A stretch of DNA of 64,000 bases from Tubulanus polymorphus (GCF_964204645.1 NC_134028.1:14205653-14269652); one strand, 5' to 3'; positions 46,247-59,911 are shown, counted from the first letter of the stretch. Notes: generated from the sequence alone by a model not told the origin. Numbers and translations: made by a program.

Positions 46247-49200
46247 ATGGAAGCAAATAAGTACTACTGTCCAAAATGTAATATCAATATAGATAAATCC
46301 CAAAAAGCAAGACACAATAAAACTAAAACACATTTAGAGAATAAATTGAAACTAGAATATAAAGATGATATATTAGAAACTAAATTAGATGAATTAAAGA
46401 ATGAAAAAGAAATATACAAATGTGATACATGTAATCAATCATTCAGTGATAAAAGATATTATAATGAACATTTAAAATCTAAAAGTCATATTAGAAATAA
46501 GAATAATGATATTTTAGGTGAAGATTATTTTGATAAAGATAATGATAAGAAACAGAAGACAATTAAAAGCATAAACAATAAATTAAACAATAAAAGACCA
46601 TACATGGAAGATGTAAGAAATTATATTAATTCATTAGATAATAAAAAAGATATAGAGATAACCGAAGCATTTAAAAGTGATATTGGCCCAGCAGCTATCG
46701 AGTTTAAATTTCATAAAGGAAAAACATTAGGAGAAAATAAAAAACATTTAGAAAATATGAAAGAAATAATAAAAATAATTACTGATGTTGAATATCCTAA
46801 AATTAGTATATCAGTTAAAGTTAAATTCATAAAATCTGAAGATAAACCAATATATATTATAAATTCTCATTCACAACATATTATATATAAACAACATATA
46901 GATGATAAATTAAGATAAATGTTATAATGAAGTAAAAACTAAAATAGAAGAGAAATATTTTGAAGGATCTGGTTTAATATTTGATGAAATAATATTTATG
47001 ACTTTACATGTTTATAACACAAAATATAATAAGTTTACTAAATCAAAACCAATTGATGAAAATAATGTATCATATTATAAAGAACCAGATATTGAAGCAT
47101 CGAGTTATATTAAACTACCATTTAAAACTAATTCTGTAATAAATGTACAAAATGAAGATGATAAATGTTTTCTATGGACAATTATAAGTTGTTTACACCC
47201 AGTTGTAGATTATAATAAACATACTTATAGATTAACAAATTATAAACAATTTGAAAATAATTATAAGATAGATAAGTATCCTGTTATAATTAAAAACATC
47301 CCAAAAATAGAAAGAGATAATTATATAAAGATAAATGTATTTGATTTAATCAAATTACCAAATACAAAAGGTAACAATATTAAACATTATACATTAGAAC
47401 CTTTATATCTATCAAAAGATTATGATTCAAACGATGTTATAGATATACTATATTATGAGAATCATTATATGTTGATTAAACAAATCGATTTATTTTTTAA
47501 ATCAGAAAGTGATCACCATAAAATATATCTTTGTAGAAAATGTTTACATAGATTCAGTAATGAAAGTACATTATTAAATCATAAACAATTATGTGAAAAT
47601 CATGATTATTGTAAATTAGTTTTACCAAATGAAAAGGATAAAATATTAGAATTCAAAAAATATGATTACAAAAATAAAGTACCATTTGTAATATATGGAG
47701 ATTTTGAATCATTAAATAAAGATCTAACTGATCAAGATAGAAAAGAAATATATTATAAAAGAAAGAAATTAAATTCTAATGAAAATGATTTTTCAGATGA
47801 ACCACCAAAAACAAATACTATTAAAAAGATTCATCAATCAGCCGCAGCTTTCGGGTTATATATAAAATCTGATTATCCAGAACTAATTGAAAGTGAATAT
47901 TATCATTATAGAAATGAAAATGTTATCAATCATTTTTGTGACTTATTTATTGAATATGAAATAAGATTTAGTAAATTATTGAATACAAATATAGAAATTA
48001 TAATGACAGAAGAAGATAAAGAAGCATTTGCGTTTGCAGATAAATGTTATTATTGTGAAAAGATATTTAATTATAAAGATAAAAAAGTAAGAGACCATGA
48101 TCATTTGAATGGAAAGTTTAGAGGCGCTGCACATGAGGATTGTAACTTACAAGCTAAGAAAATTAACTTTGTACCAGTTATATTTCATAATCTATCAGGA
48201 TATGATGCACATTTATTCATCAAACAGTTATGTCATAAAATAGAAGAAATCAATAATGAAATAGAAAGATTAAATTCAAATAGATCAAAAGATAAAATAC
48301 CAACTTATAAATTTAGAATGTTAGCTAAAACATCTGAGAATTATATATCATTCCAATTTGGTTGCCTAAGATTTATAGATTCGTATAGATTTTTAAATAG
48401 TTCATTAGATAACTTATCAAAATCATTAGTTGATGATGAATTAAAGATATTAAAACAAAACTACCCAAATAATGATGATTTTAAATTAATGAGATATAAA
48501 GGAGCAATTCCATATTCTTTCTATAAAAATCATAATGATTTTAACATAACTGAATTATTGAAAGAACAATTCTATGATGAATTAAAAAATGAATATGTTA
48601 AAGATGAAGTCTATAATAGAACATTGAATATTTGGAATCATTTCAAAATAGAAAATCATGGACAATTAGTAGATTTATATCTAAAATCAGATGTATTATT
48701 ATTAACCGATATATTCGAAAGGTAAAAACCTAAAATATTTTAACATTGATCCTTGTCATTGTTATTCATCACCAGGTTTAACATGGGATTGTGGATTAAA
48801 ATTTACAGATATAAAAATAGATTTGTTAACAAATATAGATCAATTACTATTATTTGAAAAATCTATAAGAGGAGGAGTTTCAGGTGTATTAGGTGATAGA
48901 TATTTCAATGTAAATGATAATCCTGGATTTAAATTATTATATAAAGATGCAAATAATTTGTATGGTTGGGCAATGATGGAACCACAACCTTATGGAGTAT
49001 TTGAATTAACTGAAGTTTTACAGAATGAAAATAATGATAAATTTGATTGGAGGAAAGAATTCTAGATATTGCGGATGATTCAGATACTGGTTACTTCTTT
49101 GTTGTAGATTTAGAATATCCTGAACATATTAAATTTAAATCTAGAAATCTAGCATACTGCCCCGAACATAAAACTGTAACACATGAAGAATTATCAAATG

Positions 49201-50161
49201 ACCAAAAAAGAATTAAACCTGAAAATCATATTCATACAGAAAAGTTAATGGTAACTCAAGAAGATAAATATAATTATGTAGTACATTATAGAATGTTGAA
49301 GTGTTTTTCGAGAAAGATTTCTTCAAGTTAATGAACAATGCATTCTATGGTAAGACTTGTGAAAATATTAGAAATAGAAATGATATTGAGTTAGTTAGTA
49401 ATGGTAAAAGAATTAGACATTTACAATCATATCCTAAGTTCATTGGTAACAGAATATTTGATGAAAATTTAGCTGCAGTTAAGATGAGACGAACATCAAT
49501 GAAATTTAATAAACCAATCTATGTTGGCCCTTCAGTTTTAGAATTATCAAAATTACTAATGTATGAATTCTATTATAATGTATTACAACCACTTTTTGGA
49601 GAAAAACATATAGAAATATTATATTTTGATACTGACAGTTACATATTAAAGATAAAAACTGATAACATAACTGATGATTTAAAAACATTAAAACATCATT
49701 TTGATTTTAGTAACTATCCTTAAGATCATGAATTGTTTAGCAATGACAATAAAAAAGTTCCCGGTAAATTCAAGGATGAATTAGGCGGTGAAGAAATGAT
49801 TGAATTCATCGGTATTAGATCTAAAATTTATTCATATAAAACTAAAGAACATGAAGCTAAAAAGTTAAAAGGAATAACCAAAAGTGTAGTAGAAAAGAAT
49901 ATTCATTTCAAAGATTACATCAATTGTATATTCAATGAAGAAGTTAGAAAACATAAGATGAGATGTTTAAGATCTGAAGATCATGGAATGTTTATTGAAG
50001 AAATTGAAAAGATAAGTCTAAACCCATTTGATGATAAAAGATATATTTTAGATGATGGAATTCATACAGTTGCTTATGGTTGTAATTTAGATGAATACTT
50101 AAAATTTAAAAGAGAAGAAACAAAAGAGAACGAGATAATGAAAAGAATTCTAACGTGTTAA
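46247..50161 (+). pseudogene. polB: Protein-primed-type PolB polyprotein, fragmented
   Basis: INVQNEDDKCFLW (OTU-like protease-type motif), C2H2 finger, VIYGDFES, EndoVII-like insert, DANNLYGWAM, KLMNNAFYGK, YFDTDS; frameshifts and a deletion near 49300. Confidence 0.95.
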
Positions 50162-50190
50162 TCAAATTTTAATAAAAATATGTATTATAA

Positions 50191-50543
50191 ATGGAGAGTA
50201 AACAACACACAGTGAGAACAACAAATTATTTCTAGATAGAATTAAAGATATAACAAATGTAAAATCTGTAGATTATAAATTCAAAAAGTTAACAGAATTA
50301 ACAATTCATAAGAAATATCTAATTACAAATATTGATACAGTTTCTAATAACTATGGAGATAAATTAGTTATACACTTAGAATATGAAGGATTAAAAGGAA
50401 ATACATATAAATTCAGAACATATTTACCGGATAGATTTCATAGATTATCAAGTGAAGACCTAGAAGAATTATGTTCTGGAGATTTCTATTTCGTATGCAA
50501 AGGTAAGAATGAAAAAGGGCACCATGAAATAGATTTCGAATAA
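50191..50543 (+). pseudogene. 117-aa protein homolog, frameshifted
   Basis: Near-identical to 32723-33076 with a 1-nt deletion. Confidence 0.7.
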
Positions 50544-50560
50544 GAAAATATGTAAAATAA

Positions 50561-51321
50561 ATGGTAGAATTAAAAGAATACTGAATATTTGTTGATTCTA
50601 GAAGACTTACAAATTATAAATCACATAATTTACTAGTACAATTAGATAGAGAATTCAAGAATTGTGTTGATTTAAAATTAGTTAATATAAGTTTATGTAA
50701 TTCTTTTTACAATATATCGGATAAAAGTATTGAACACAGAGCCTTTTTAATTTTTGATACAGGTAAAAATGAATGGGTCTATATATATTTAAAAACAGGG
50801 TTATATAATTTAGATACATTGGCACAAGAAATTAATAGAAAAGCCTGGCACAAATTAGGTAGTAGTTCTGGGTTTAGTATTAGATTTTTAAAAAGTGATA
50901 GTTCTGATAGAATAAAGATAAGGTTGTCTAATAGTGAAAAACATAAATTTATGGTAAAAAACCTATAGCTAAACTGTTAGGAATTCTTCCAGATAGATCT
51001 TTTACAAATATTGATGCTGCTACACCAAACTTAATACCTTACACGCATTTTTATATTTATTGCAATTTAATCGATCCTACAAAAACATTCGAAGCAACTA
51101 AAGATATAACTTGTAATTCTGGTTTACTAAACATTTTACCATTGAAGAATGTTAAAGAATTTGGAACGCAAATAAATTATAATTTAACAGAGTGTGATTT
51201 CAAACCATGCATTCCTCGTTTTAATAATTTTAGATTAGAAATTAGAAATCATAATGGATACTTAATTGATTTAAATAATTTCCCTGTAATTTATGAATTA
51301 GTTATAAGATGTAGAGAGTAA
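50561..51321 (+). pseudogene. Minor capsid (penton-like) protein, disrupted
   Basis: Homolog of 33094-33838 with a divergent central part. Confidence 0.72.
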
Positions 51322-51338
51322 TTTTTTTCACTATATAA

Positions 51339-51680
51339 ATGAATATAACTGTTGGCCCGAGTATATGTTTTGGGTTTGATTTTAAACATGGTAAAGAAAT
51401 GAGGATTAAACTAAATGATGTAATTACTGATATAAAAAGTAAATCATTTAACAATGCATCAATGATTAATAAAGAAAATTATAATATAGAAAAAGTAATT
51501 GATTTAATTAAATCACCTTTAGAATATTATGAATTAAATGAAGATGGAATTATTGATGATATTAAAAACATATTAACCAAAATATATGATAATTATAAAA
51601 GTAGTAATGAAATAAATGTTGAATTAATCATAAATAAAATAACTAAATATTTTGATGATAGTAATTTTTTTGATAAATAA
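51339..51680 (+). CDS. 113-aa hypothetical protein
   Basis: Conserved with 33856-34197. Confidence 0.7.
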   Translation: MNITVGPSICFGFDFKHGKEMRIKLNDVITDIKSKSFNNASMINKENYNIEKVIDLIKSPLEYYELNEDGIIDDIKNILTKIYDNYKSSNEINVELIINKITKYFDDSNFFDK

Positions 51681-51902
51681 ATGAGTGATAATAAGTGGAT
51701 AATAACTGGATTATATAATGGAGCATTACTATCAGTTGGAACTGTTGGTTATTCAATGGTATTAAAAAAAGTATTTAAAATGGGAAGTGTTAATGTTGAT
51801 AGATTTGATATAAATGATATTTTAAAATTAACATTAGCAGTTACTTTATCTAATTCAACTATTGATTATTTGGAAAAACAAAAATATATTCCTCCCATAT
51901 AA
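51681..51902 (+). CDS. 73-aa hydrophobic protein
   Basis: Conserved with 34198-34419. Confidence 0.75.
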   Translation: MSDNKWIITGLYNGALLSVGTVGYSMVLKKVFKMGSVNVDRFDINDILKLTLAVTLSNSTIDYLEKQKYIPPI

Positions 51903-51926
51903 ATGCATAATTTTTTTGCTAAATAA

Positions 51927-52349
51927 ATGGCTTCTGCAATTATAACTATTATAGGATCGGCAATTGTTAACGCTTTAGCATTTACTGGTGGCGGTTATTT
52001 ATTTAAGCATATTGATAAAAATAGTTCATTAGGAGAACAAAGAAGACATAACTTAGCATTAGAGAAATACAATAAAGCAGCGGAAGAATATAGAGAAAAA
52101 CGACAAAACTATATGGATTACATCAATAAAGAATTATATGATCAGACGATTTCACATAGAGATTTTCAATCAGTTGATGATGCAATGAGTTTATATAACG
52201 CAGTAACCAATAAAGAAAAATTACATCTATACAAACCTAAATTATCAGATTATTATACCCCAAGTAATGAACAGAAGAAATATGAAATAATATGGATTTT
52301 AGGCGGAACTGTTATTGTTATATTTGTAGCATATAAATTTACTATTTAG
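51927..52349 (+). CDS. 140-aa protein with hydrophobic N-terminus, coiled coil and C-terminal TM segment
   Basis: Intact ORF; IIWILGGTVIVIFVAYKF TM segment. Confidence 0.8.
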   Translation: MASAIITIIGSAIVNALAFTGGGYLFKHIDKNSSLGEQRRHNLALEKYNKAAEEYREKRQNYMDYINKELYDQTISHRDFQSVDDAMSLYNAVTNKEKLHLYKPKLSDYYTPSNEQKKYEIIWILGGTVIVIFVAYKFTI

Positions 52350-52368
52350 TAATTTTTTTTCTAAATAA

Positions 52369-52803
52369 ATGGAAGATAAAGTTGATAATATTGATATAAT
52401 TCCTCATGATATAAATAAAACTAAATTAAAAACATATTTAGAAAAACAAATATTAGAATTTGAAAGTGACTTAAAGATAAAAAAGAAAAAATATTTAAAA
52501 AGTAAAATTATATATTATCTTATTATTAGTGGTTCAGTTACAATTAGTTCTGTAATAACATTTCTAGCAATATTCAGTCCATTAACACCTTTAGCTATAT
52601 CAATTGGTGTATTAGGATTAAGTTCAAGTGTTTTAACTGGTATAAGTTCAAAATTAAATATAAAAAGTAATAAAGAAAAAATTAAAACTAATATAAAAGA
52701 AATTAATAAATTAAAGAATATACTAGATTATATAATAAGTTTAAATGGTCATATAACAGTTGAAGAACAAGATAAATTATTAAAAGAATTAATAAATTAT
52801 TAA
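52369..52803 (+). CDS. 144-aa two-TM protein
   Basis: Conserved with 34859-35293. Confidence 0.75.
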   Translation: MEDKVDNIDIIPHDINKTKLKTYLEKQILEFESDLKIKKKKYLKSKIIYYLIISGSVTISSVITFLAIFSPLTPLAISIGVLGLSSSVLTGISSKLNIKSNKEKIKTNIKEINKLKNILDYIISLNGHITVEEQDKLLKELINY

Positions 52804-52819
52804 TTTTTTAATTATATAA

Positions 52820-54160
52820 ATGGCAGATAGTTTTCCAAAAGCTTTCCAATATAATAAATCAATCAAATATAATATTCCTGCAATAGATTTTAATAAAGAT
52901 ATTACATATAGAAATGAAGTTTTAGATTCATTAACTAATTTAGAAATTTATGTTACTGAAACTAATAATTTTAATGCAAAGATGGAAAATATATTCCATG
53001 TATATTTAATTAATTTTAAAAAATTGAAAGATGAAAAACAATGGTTATTGAAATCTAATATGAAGTATTGGCAGAACCAATTAAATTTTGCTGTTTATTG
53101 TGCAACAACAGGATGTGGAATTAGTTGGAATGATCATTTGAATAATTCTAAATATAAATTAATTCAAAGTTTATCTAGATTTCATACATACTTTCAAATC
53201 AGAATAATATTAAATGAATTAGAGTGCGCTTTACCAGGATCTAGATATTTTAAAGAATTAGATAATAATATTAATTTATCAAAGTTTTATAAAATTTGTA
53301 ATGAATTTAATATAGATATAAATAATTCTGATTTTAGAACAAAAATTGGAACAATAAGATCACTTCCTTGCCCTAAAAAGATTGCAGAATATTGTGCACT
53401 TCCCATACCATCTAATAGTTTGTATAATATCTATAGTAATAAATTAGGTTATGGTAAAATAGAAACTAAGGATTTAGAAACATTAAATTTCAATAAATTA
53501 CCGACATTTTATGATAATTTAAAACAAGAAAACAATAATGGTTGGGTTTATTTTATTTTAGAAAATAGTGAATAGTGGTTTTACTAAATCAGGTATAGAA
53601 AGAATAAATCAATCTATTAGAACTTATTTGATATGTATTTTAGGTGCACAAGTTGAAACAAGATCCCCAATAATTGGAAATTTAAATACATCATTTGATA
53701 CACAGAAACAATTCAAAGTATTATTTGAAGATTCAATTCATAATGATAAAAATAGATCGATTCCAGAAAACATTGTAAGATATCAAAATTATTTAGATAA
53801 ATCACATATTAGATTAAATTATTGTATAGGCCCTAATCTATTAATTATTTCTAATGATTTAGTATTAAAGATGGGAAATATAATTGGTTATAATAATCTA
53901 ATTAAAACTGCAACAATAAATAATTCATTTGGATTGAATGATATAAATAAAAAGATAATTAATGCTCCAAAATTAATGGAAGGTGAAAAAAATAAAAAAC
54001 ACATTCTATCAACAGAAACTAAAACTAAGAATATTAAATTAAATAATGATTCTAAAATAAAAGATTACTAAATGATGATTATAAATCCCATGAAAATACT
54101 AAATTAGCTTTAACTTGTATAGGAATTGTAATCGGAGGAATTTTATATTTTAAATTTTAA
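52820..54160 (+). pseudogene. Conserved ~430-aa protein with C-terminal TM segment, frameshifted
   Basis: YWQNQLNFAVYCATTGCGISWNDHL motif; a small duplication at ~53566 shifts the frame. Confidence 0.75.
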
Positions 54161-54175
54161 TTTTTTATTATGTAA

Positions 54176-55643
54176 ATGGCAGAAGGTGGAGAAGATTATG
54201 AAATGGAAGGCATGGGAAATAATAATGTAGGATGTATTGATGATGATTATAATGATGCAGAAACTAATATTGATGATGGTAATGAATCAGCATATAATTC
54301 TAATTTAGCAGATAGTGGTTCTAAAAGCCCATCAACAGATGAATTTGATAGAAGAACTAGGTCGAGAATACCTCCTGAAAATTTAAATCAAGGTTTAGAA
54401 AGAAAACATTTTGAAAATTATGAATTTATGTATGATTTTCAACGTTTATTTAAAGATTCTGGATATAATATAAATAATAGAGGCGCCAGACTTTAAGTAC
54501 AAGATTTAAAGTTTTTAGATGGTGAATATTATTATCGTGTGAAAGAAAAATCGGATTATTATATTAATATCTCTAATAAAAATCAAGACAAAATAATAGC
54601 AAAATCAACTTTGCTGAAGTCTGACTCATTACTATCTATAATTAAGAGAATAATAAATAGTAATGAAATAGAAGATGTAAGACAAGAAGAAATAAATCAA
54701 AATAAAAGAGTATTTAAACTAAGAATTAATAAATTATTTGAAATAATCAAAGATAATCCAGAAACAGAAACAACTTCTGAACAGAATAAAACTTCCAAAA
54801 CTAGTAAACTTAAATCAAATAAATTTCCAATTGAAAAACTTTTACCAAATGGATTACTTGATGCAACAGATCAACAATTAGAAGATTTAAATAATATATT
54901 TTCTGATAAAGCAATTAGAGAAATTATTAGTATAAGACTTGCATCCGATAAAATTGCGCATGATAAAAGTATAAGAGATTTAAAAATTAGAACTTTAGAA
55001 AAAGAATTAACTGATAAAAATAAAGAAATAGAACAATTAAAATCAGATAGAGATAATAAAGTTATTGAAGAAATTGAATTTAAAAAAAAGAAATGCATAT
55101 TTAGAAAAAGAAATTGATGATTTAGAATATAACATAGAATTACAAAAAGAAGAAATTAAATTATTGTTAAAATCATATGATTATAATATAAATAGATTAA
55201 AAGTTATTTTTAAAGATTTGTTGATGAAACCAAATTCTGAAATATCATTGAAAGATAGAATAAAATTATTATTTAAGTTAGAAGGAATAACAATTCTTTC
55301 AATTCTAACAGCTGTAACTATGTTATTTACAACAATAGGTTTAGCAATATCAAATGCTTTAAAATCTACTCCTACTCCCAAGAAACCGGATAAACCCCCG
55401 AATGATAATAATTCTATACAAGATAAAGTTAAGGATGGTTTAAAGAAATTAGCAAAATATTTATGGGAACTATCTAAAAAATCTGCTGCAGCATTGCCAG
55501 GAGTTATTGCATCAATTGTTGGTTTTATATTGAAATCTGCAGGAAACATTATTAACTTTGCTGCTGAAAATATTATTTTATTTTTAATAACAGTTGTAAG
55601 TGCTATTATTTTTGGATTAGTAAACATGATCAAAAATAAATAA
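54176..55643 (+). pseudogene. MAEGG-type coiled-coil/membrane protein, disrupted
   Basis: Three fragments; conserved hydrophobic C-terminus. Confidence 0.78.
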
Positions 55644-55663
55644 TTAATTTTTTTGTTAAATAA

Positions 55664-56910
55664 ATGAGTGGGAGTTATATCAATCCTTCTAAGAATCATA
55701 GAATATCTAATGCTATTAAAGCAGAAAGATCACATCATATAATTACTCATAACCCTTCTAATATTAATCCCGATGAAACTTTATACGTTAGAATCCCTCG
55801 ATTAACACAAAATACTTTTTACGTTCCAAATAGTATTTATTTATCAGCCGATATAAAAGTAATCGGTAATAATAATAATTATGTTGTTGATAATGTTGGA
55901 AGATATTTGATTAAAAAATTAACAATAAAGATCGGTCCGGAAACAGTTTTCTCATTAGATGATTATAATTTATTTATGCATAATAAAGATTTATGGTTAA
56001 CTAAAGAAAATAGAAATAATATTATATTTCAAGGAATCCAATCAGAAAACCAAAATAAATTAAGATCAGAAGCACATAATGCAATATTAACTAATTCTAT
56101 AGATAAATTGATAAAAAGTATATATGGAAGAAAATATAAAATTCCATTAGACTTTGAATTGATAAATAACAATGCACCTTTATATAAATACGCAATTCAA
56201 GAAGACGTTATATTCGAAATAACATTTGCTCCTGTAAATGAAATTGTAATATCTAGCGTTAATAAAGATATGAGTTATAAATTATCGAATATATGTTTAG
56301 AATATGATAGAGTAACTGATGAAAATATTTCAAGTATAATTCAAACTTAATACAATCAAGGATTTTCATTATTATATGATTATATTGATAAATTTAAAAC
56401 TGTAACTATTAATGCAAATGATGAAATAATTAATGAGAATATTAACTTCCCAAGAAGATCTATTAAAGGTATATTAATATTTTTTACCATTGCAACATAT
56501 ACTAATGGCGCAATAAATGTTGATAATTATTATAATCCTGAAATAACAAAAGTAGAAATAACTATCGAAGGAATAGCAAAAAAATATTTTGTCAAGGAAT
56601 GAGAATGATTGATCAATGGCCAGAAATTAGAAAACATTTTATGAATGAAAAAGTAAAATCATCTGAAAATTGTAATATTAATCAAATTGATTATTATACC
56701 GGTAATAAATATGCATTATGGTTAGATCTTAGAACAACAGAGGATAATTCATTACATGGTTCTGGAAAAAAACTACAGAACACTAAAGATGGAATACAAT
56801 TATTCATGACAAAGAATAAAGGAATCAAAAATTTCAAAATGCACATTTATATTATATCTGACGCGCAATTAAATATTGTAAATTCTCAATTAAATAGTGT
56901 TATGTATTAG
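55664..56910 (+). pseudogene. Putative major capsid protein, disrupted
   Basis: Homolog of 38282-39524; stop at 56348 and a frameshift near 56580. Confidence 0.72.
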
Positions 56911-56942
56911 AATTTTAACTTTAATAAAAATTTATATAATAA

Positions 56943-57812
56943 ATGGAAGGAGGTAAAGTATATAAACATATTCCATACATCGATACACATGAAAATAATG
57001 ATGGTTTATATTATGTAATACCTTGTAATATAGCTTTGATGTTTGATCCTATTTTCAAAATTAATAAAAATAAACTAATAGAAATCGATAATAATAAAAG
57101 TGGGGTTGTTGATAATTTAAGTAATGTAATTGATAATAATGTAATACGTTCTACATCTAATAATGTAATACGTTCTACATCTAATAATGTAATACGTTCT
57201 ACATCTAATAATGTAATACCTTCTACATCTAATAATGCAATACCTTCTATATCTAATAATGTAATACCTTCTACATCTAATAAAGCAATAATATTAAATG
57301 TTAGTGAAAATAGAAATTATTGTGATTATTGTAAAGGTGAATTTTCAAACGCTCCATCAAATTGGAATAATCATATGAATACAAATTCACATATTACTAA
57401 TGTTATAAAACGTGTTGGTTTAAGAGAATTTATAGAACACCCATTTAGATATGTTACAAAGTTTGTTTCAAATCAAAAAGTAAATGGTAAAGATTTATAT
57501 AAAGATTTATTATTAGCAACGCCTAATAAAGATGAATTAGATTTAACCGATGATATTAAATTAGAATCAAACATTGTAAATGAAATATTAGGAGCAAACA
57601 CTAATAAAGATAATAATGAAAATACAGGAAAGCGCATTGATAATAAAGATTCTATGAAACTTAAATCAGAAAATAAAGATATAGTTGAGACGACTAATAA
57701 GTATATCAATAAACCAATTATTTATGAAGATACGGTAGAGCATTTGAATAAATTGTTAGGGTCTGATAGTGAAAGTGATTCAGAAAGTGATTATCTAACA
57801 CTCAAAAAGTAA
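56943..57812 (+). CDS. 289-aa single-zinc-finger protein with NNVIRSTS repeats (divergent allele at the ZnF locus)
   Basis: MEGG start as in B/C; CDYC..NWNNHMNTNSH finger; 24-bp coding tandem repeat at ~57135-57280. Confidence 0.75.
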   Translation: MEGGKVYKHIPYIDTHENNDGLYYVIPCNIALMFDPIFKINKNKLIEIDNNKSGVVDNLSNVIDNNVIRSTSNNVIRSTSNNVIRSTSNNVIPSTSNNAIPSISNNVIPSTSNKAIILNVSENRNYCDYCKGEFSNAPSNWNNHMNTNSHITNVIKRVGLREFIEHPFRYVTKFVSNQKVNGKDLYKDLLLATPNKDELDLTDDIKLESNIVNEILGANTNKDNNENTGKRIDNKDSMKLKSENKDIVETTNKYINKPIIYEDTVEHLNKLLGSDSESDSESDYLTLKK

Positions 57813-58144
57813 TAAAGGTTGAAAATTGTATAAAATAATAGTAAATAAAAAAGGGGGTTTTAAGTATTAAGGTATCTAATACATATCTAATACATATCTA
57901 ATACGTATCTAATACGTATTTAATACATATTATTTGAAAATACCTTAAATTATATTTCTTTTTTAAATTTATATTGAAACCTCAGTAATAATACATAACC
58001 TTTATTATTTTCAAACTTATTCATATATTAGTTGAAAAAAATAAAAATAAATTGGTTGAAAATTATATGAATAATATTTATTTTAAAAATGGGGTTTTAA
58101 GTATTAATGTATTTAATACGTATCTAATACGTATTTAATACGCA

Positions 58145-58780
58145 TTAGATAGATAGATATATAAATAGATATTTTATAAACTTATATTCATAGGGAAATT
58201 GTAATCTCAGTAATAATTTTGAACCTTTATTATTCTTTAATTTATTCATATATTCATCATGTAATTCAGTAGGTATAATTTGATTTTCTTCCAATGATTG
58301 TTGCATAGGTTTTTTATCTTTGTTATAAAACAAAACTAGAAATCTTATATTCTCCCTAAAGTCTTTAACAATTGAATTATATTTTTGATTTAAAACCCAT
58401 GTTGTTATTCCAAAATGTCTCTCAGAGAAAGCTAAATAACATAACTCACTTCCTCTCACTATTGAATCATGTAAATTTGCGCAATCATCTATAATGAATA
58501 ATGTATTTGATCCTGTATAAGTATCAATTGCTATTTTTATACAATTATCTAAATTTTCTTTTACTGTTTTCGGATTTAATATAATAAACTTTTTTATCTT
58601 AACTATGTCTCTATTATATGTTTTATTCATTTCATAAGTAGGACAGAATAATACTATACTATCAAAATGATTCTTATAAATAGTTTCTAACAAATCTAAT
58701 ATGAAATGTGTTTTACCACAATTGGTTACACCAGTAACTAACATATTATGCGGTTCAAATATAAATAAATCTTTATTCAT
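58145..58780 (-). CDS. A32/FtsK-like packaging ATPase
   Basis: GVTNCGKT and LFIIDD; the GRH motif is changed to ERH. Confidence 0.9.
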   Translation of the reverse strand: MNKDLFIFEPHNMLVTGVTNCGKTHFILDLLETIYKNHFDSIVLFCPTYEMNKTYNRDIVKIKKFIILNPKTVKENLDNCIKIAIDTYTGSNTLFIIDDCANLHDSIVRGSELCYLAFSERHFGITTWVLNQKYNSIVKDFRENIRFLVLFYNKDKKPMQQSLEENQIIPTELHDEYMNKLKNNKGSKLLLRLQFPYEYKFIKYLFIYLSI

Positions 58781-59905
58781 TTATTCTTTTAATTTTACTA
58801 GATAAAATCCATTCATTAAATTTATCATCGTATCCTTTATAATTCACCAAAGAATACTTTTTTCCTTTAAGAGTTTTTGTTTTCAATACTTTTTCTATTT
58901 TGTATTCTATTTCATCTGGGTTTGGTACAAGTGATAATTCTTGTTCATAGAAATAACCTAAGATTTCTTCATCTTTTAAATCTTCTAATTTATAAACAAA
59001 TGGTTTAGTTAATATTATCTTTTTAATCTTGAATATTTCTTCTGTAAAATTAGGGGTATAACCTTTATAAAAGGTTTTTCTATATTTAGATATTCTTACG
59101 TGTTGTCCAATTTTAAATTTAGGTTCACCGAAATCGTGTGTAACAAACGCTCCATATAAATTATTCCAAACTATTTCCGAATTATCTTCTTTTCTAGCTT
59201 GTATAGGTTTCATATTTATAGAACTATGTTTAGAATTATTATAACCTTTCACTAAATCATCTAATACATCGATATATTTATATGTTTCATTAGCAGTAAA
59301 ATATTTCCACATTCTAGTTTTCAATGTTTTATTAAATCTTTCTATAATAGATGCTTTTTTATCTGAGTGTGTTGAAAAATATTTTACATCGTTATCAGAT
59401 AATAGTTTTTTAAAATGTTTGTTATAAAATTCCTTACCTTCATCAAATTGTATCTTATCTGGAATAGCTTCTTTAAATATAGATTTAAAAGCATTTGTAA
59501 CTTCTATACCAGTTTTATTTTTGATTGGAATTGACCATGCTTATCGACTGAATATGTCTATAACATTCAGTATCCAGAAATATCCTTTGTTGTATTCCTC
59601 TAAGTTCTTCATGTCAATTAAATCTGCTTGCCATTGTTGATCAATATATGAAACCATAACTTTTCTTGTTAAATAAGTTTTATCCATTTTCTTGTGGATT
59701 TGATATGTTGGTTGATTTTGTAACCATGATTTTAATTCACTATATTTTATATCACCGTGTGGGTGCCATACGGCACCATTACCATTTTCATTATCAGATT
59801 TAATTTTATTCCATAATTCTGAAACGTTAGAATATGATACTTCACTTTCTGGGTTATAATATCTTAAATATTGGTTAAATCTCTTAAATATTGTTCTTTT
59901 TTCAT
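58773..59905 (-). pseudogene. rve integrase with chromodomain, disrupted
   Basis: Homolog of the other integrase copies; stop near 59541 and an insertion near the 5' end. Confidence 0.9.
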
Positions 59906-59911
59906 TCTATT

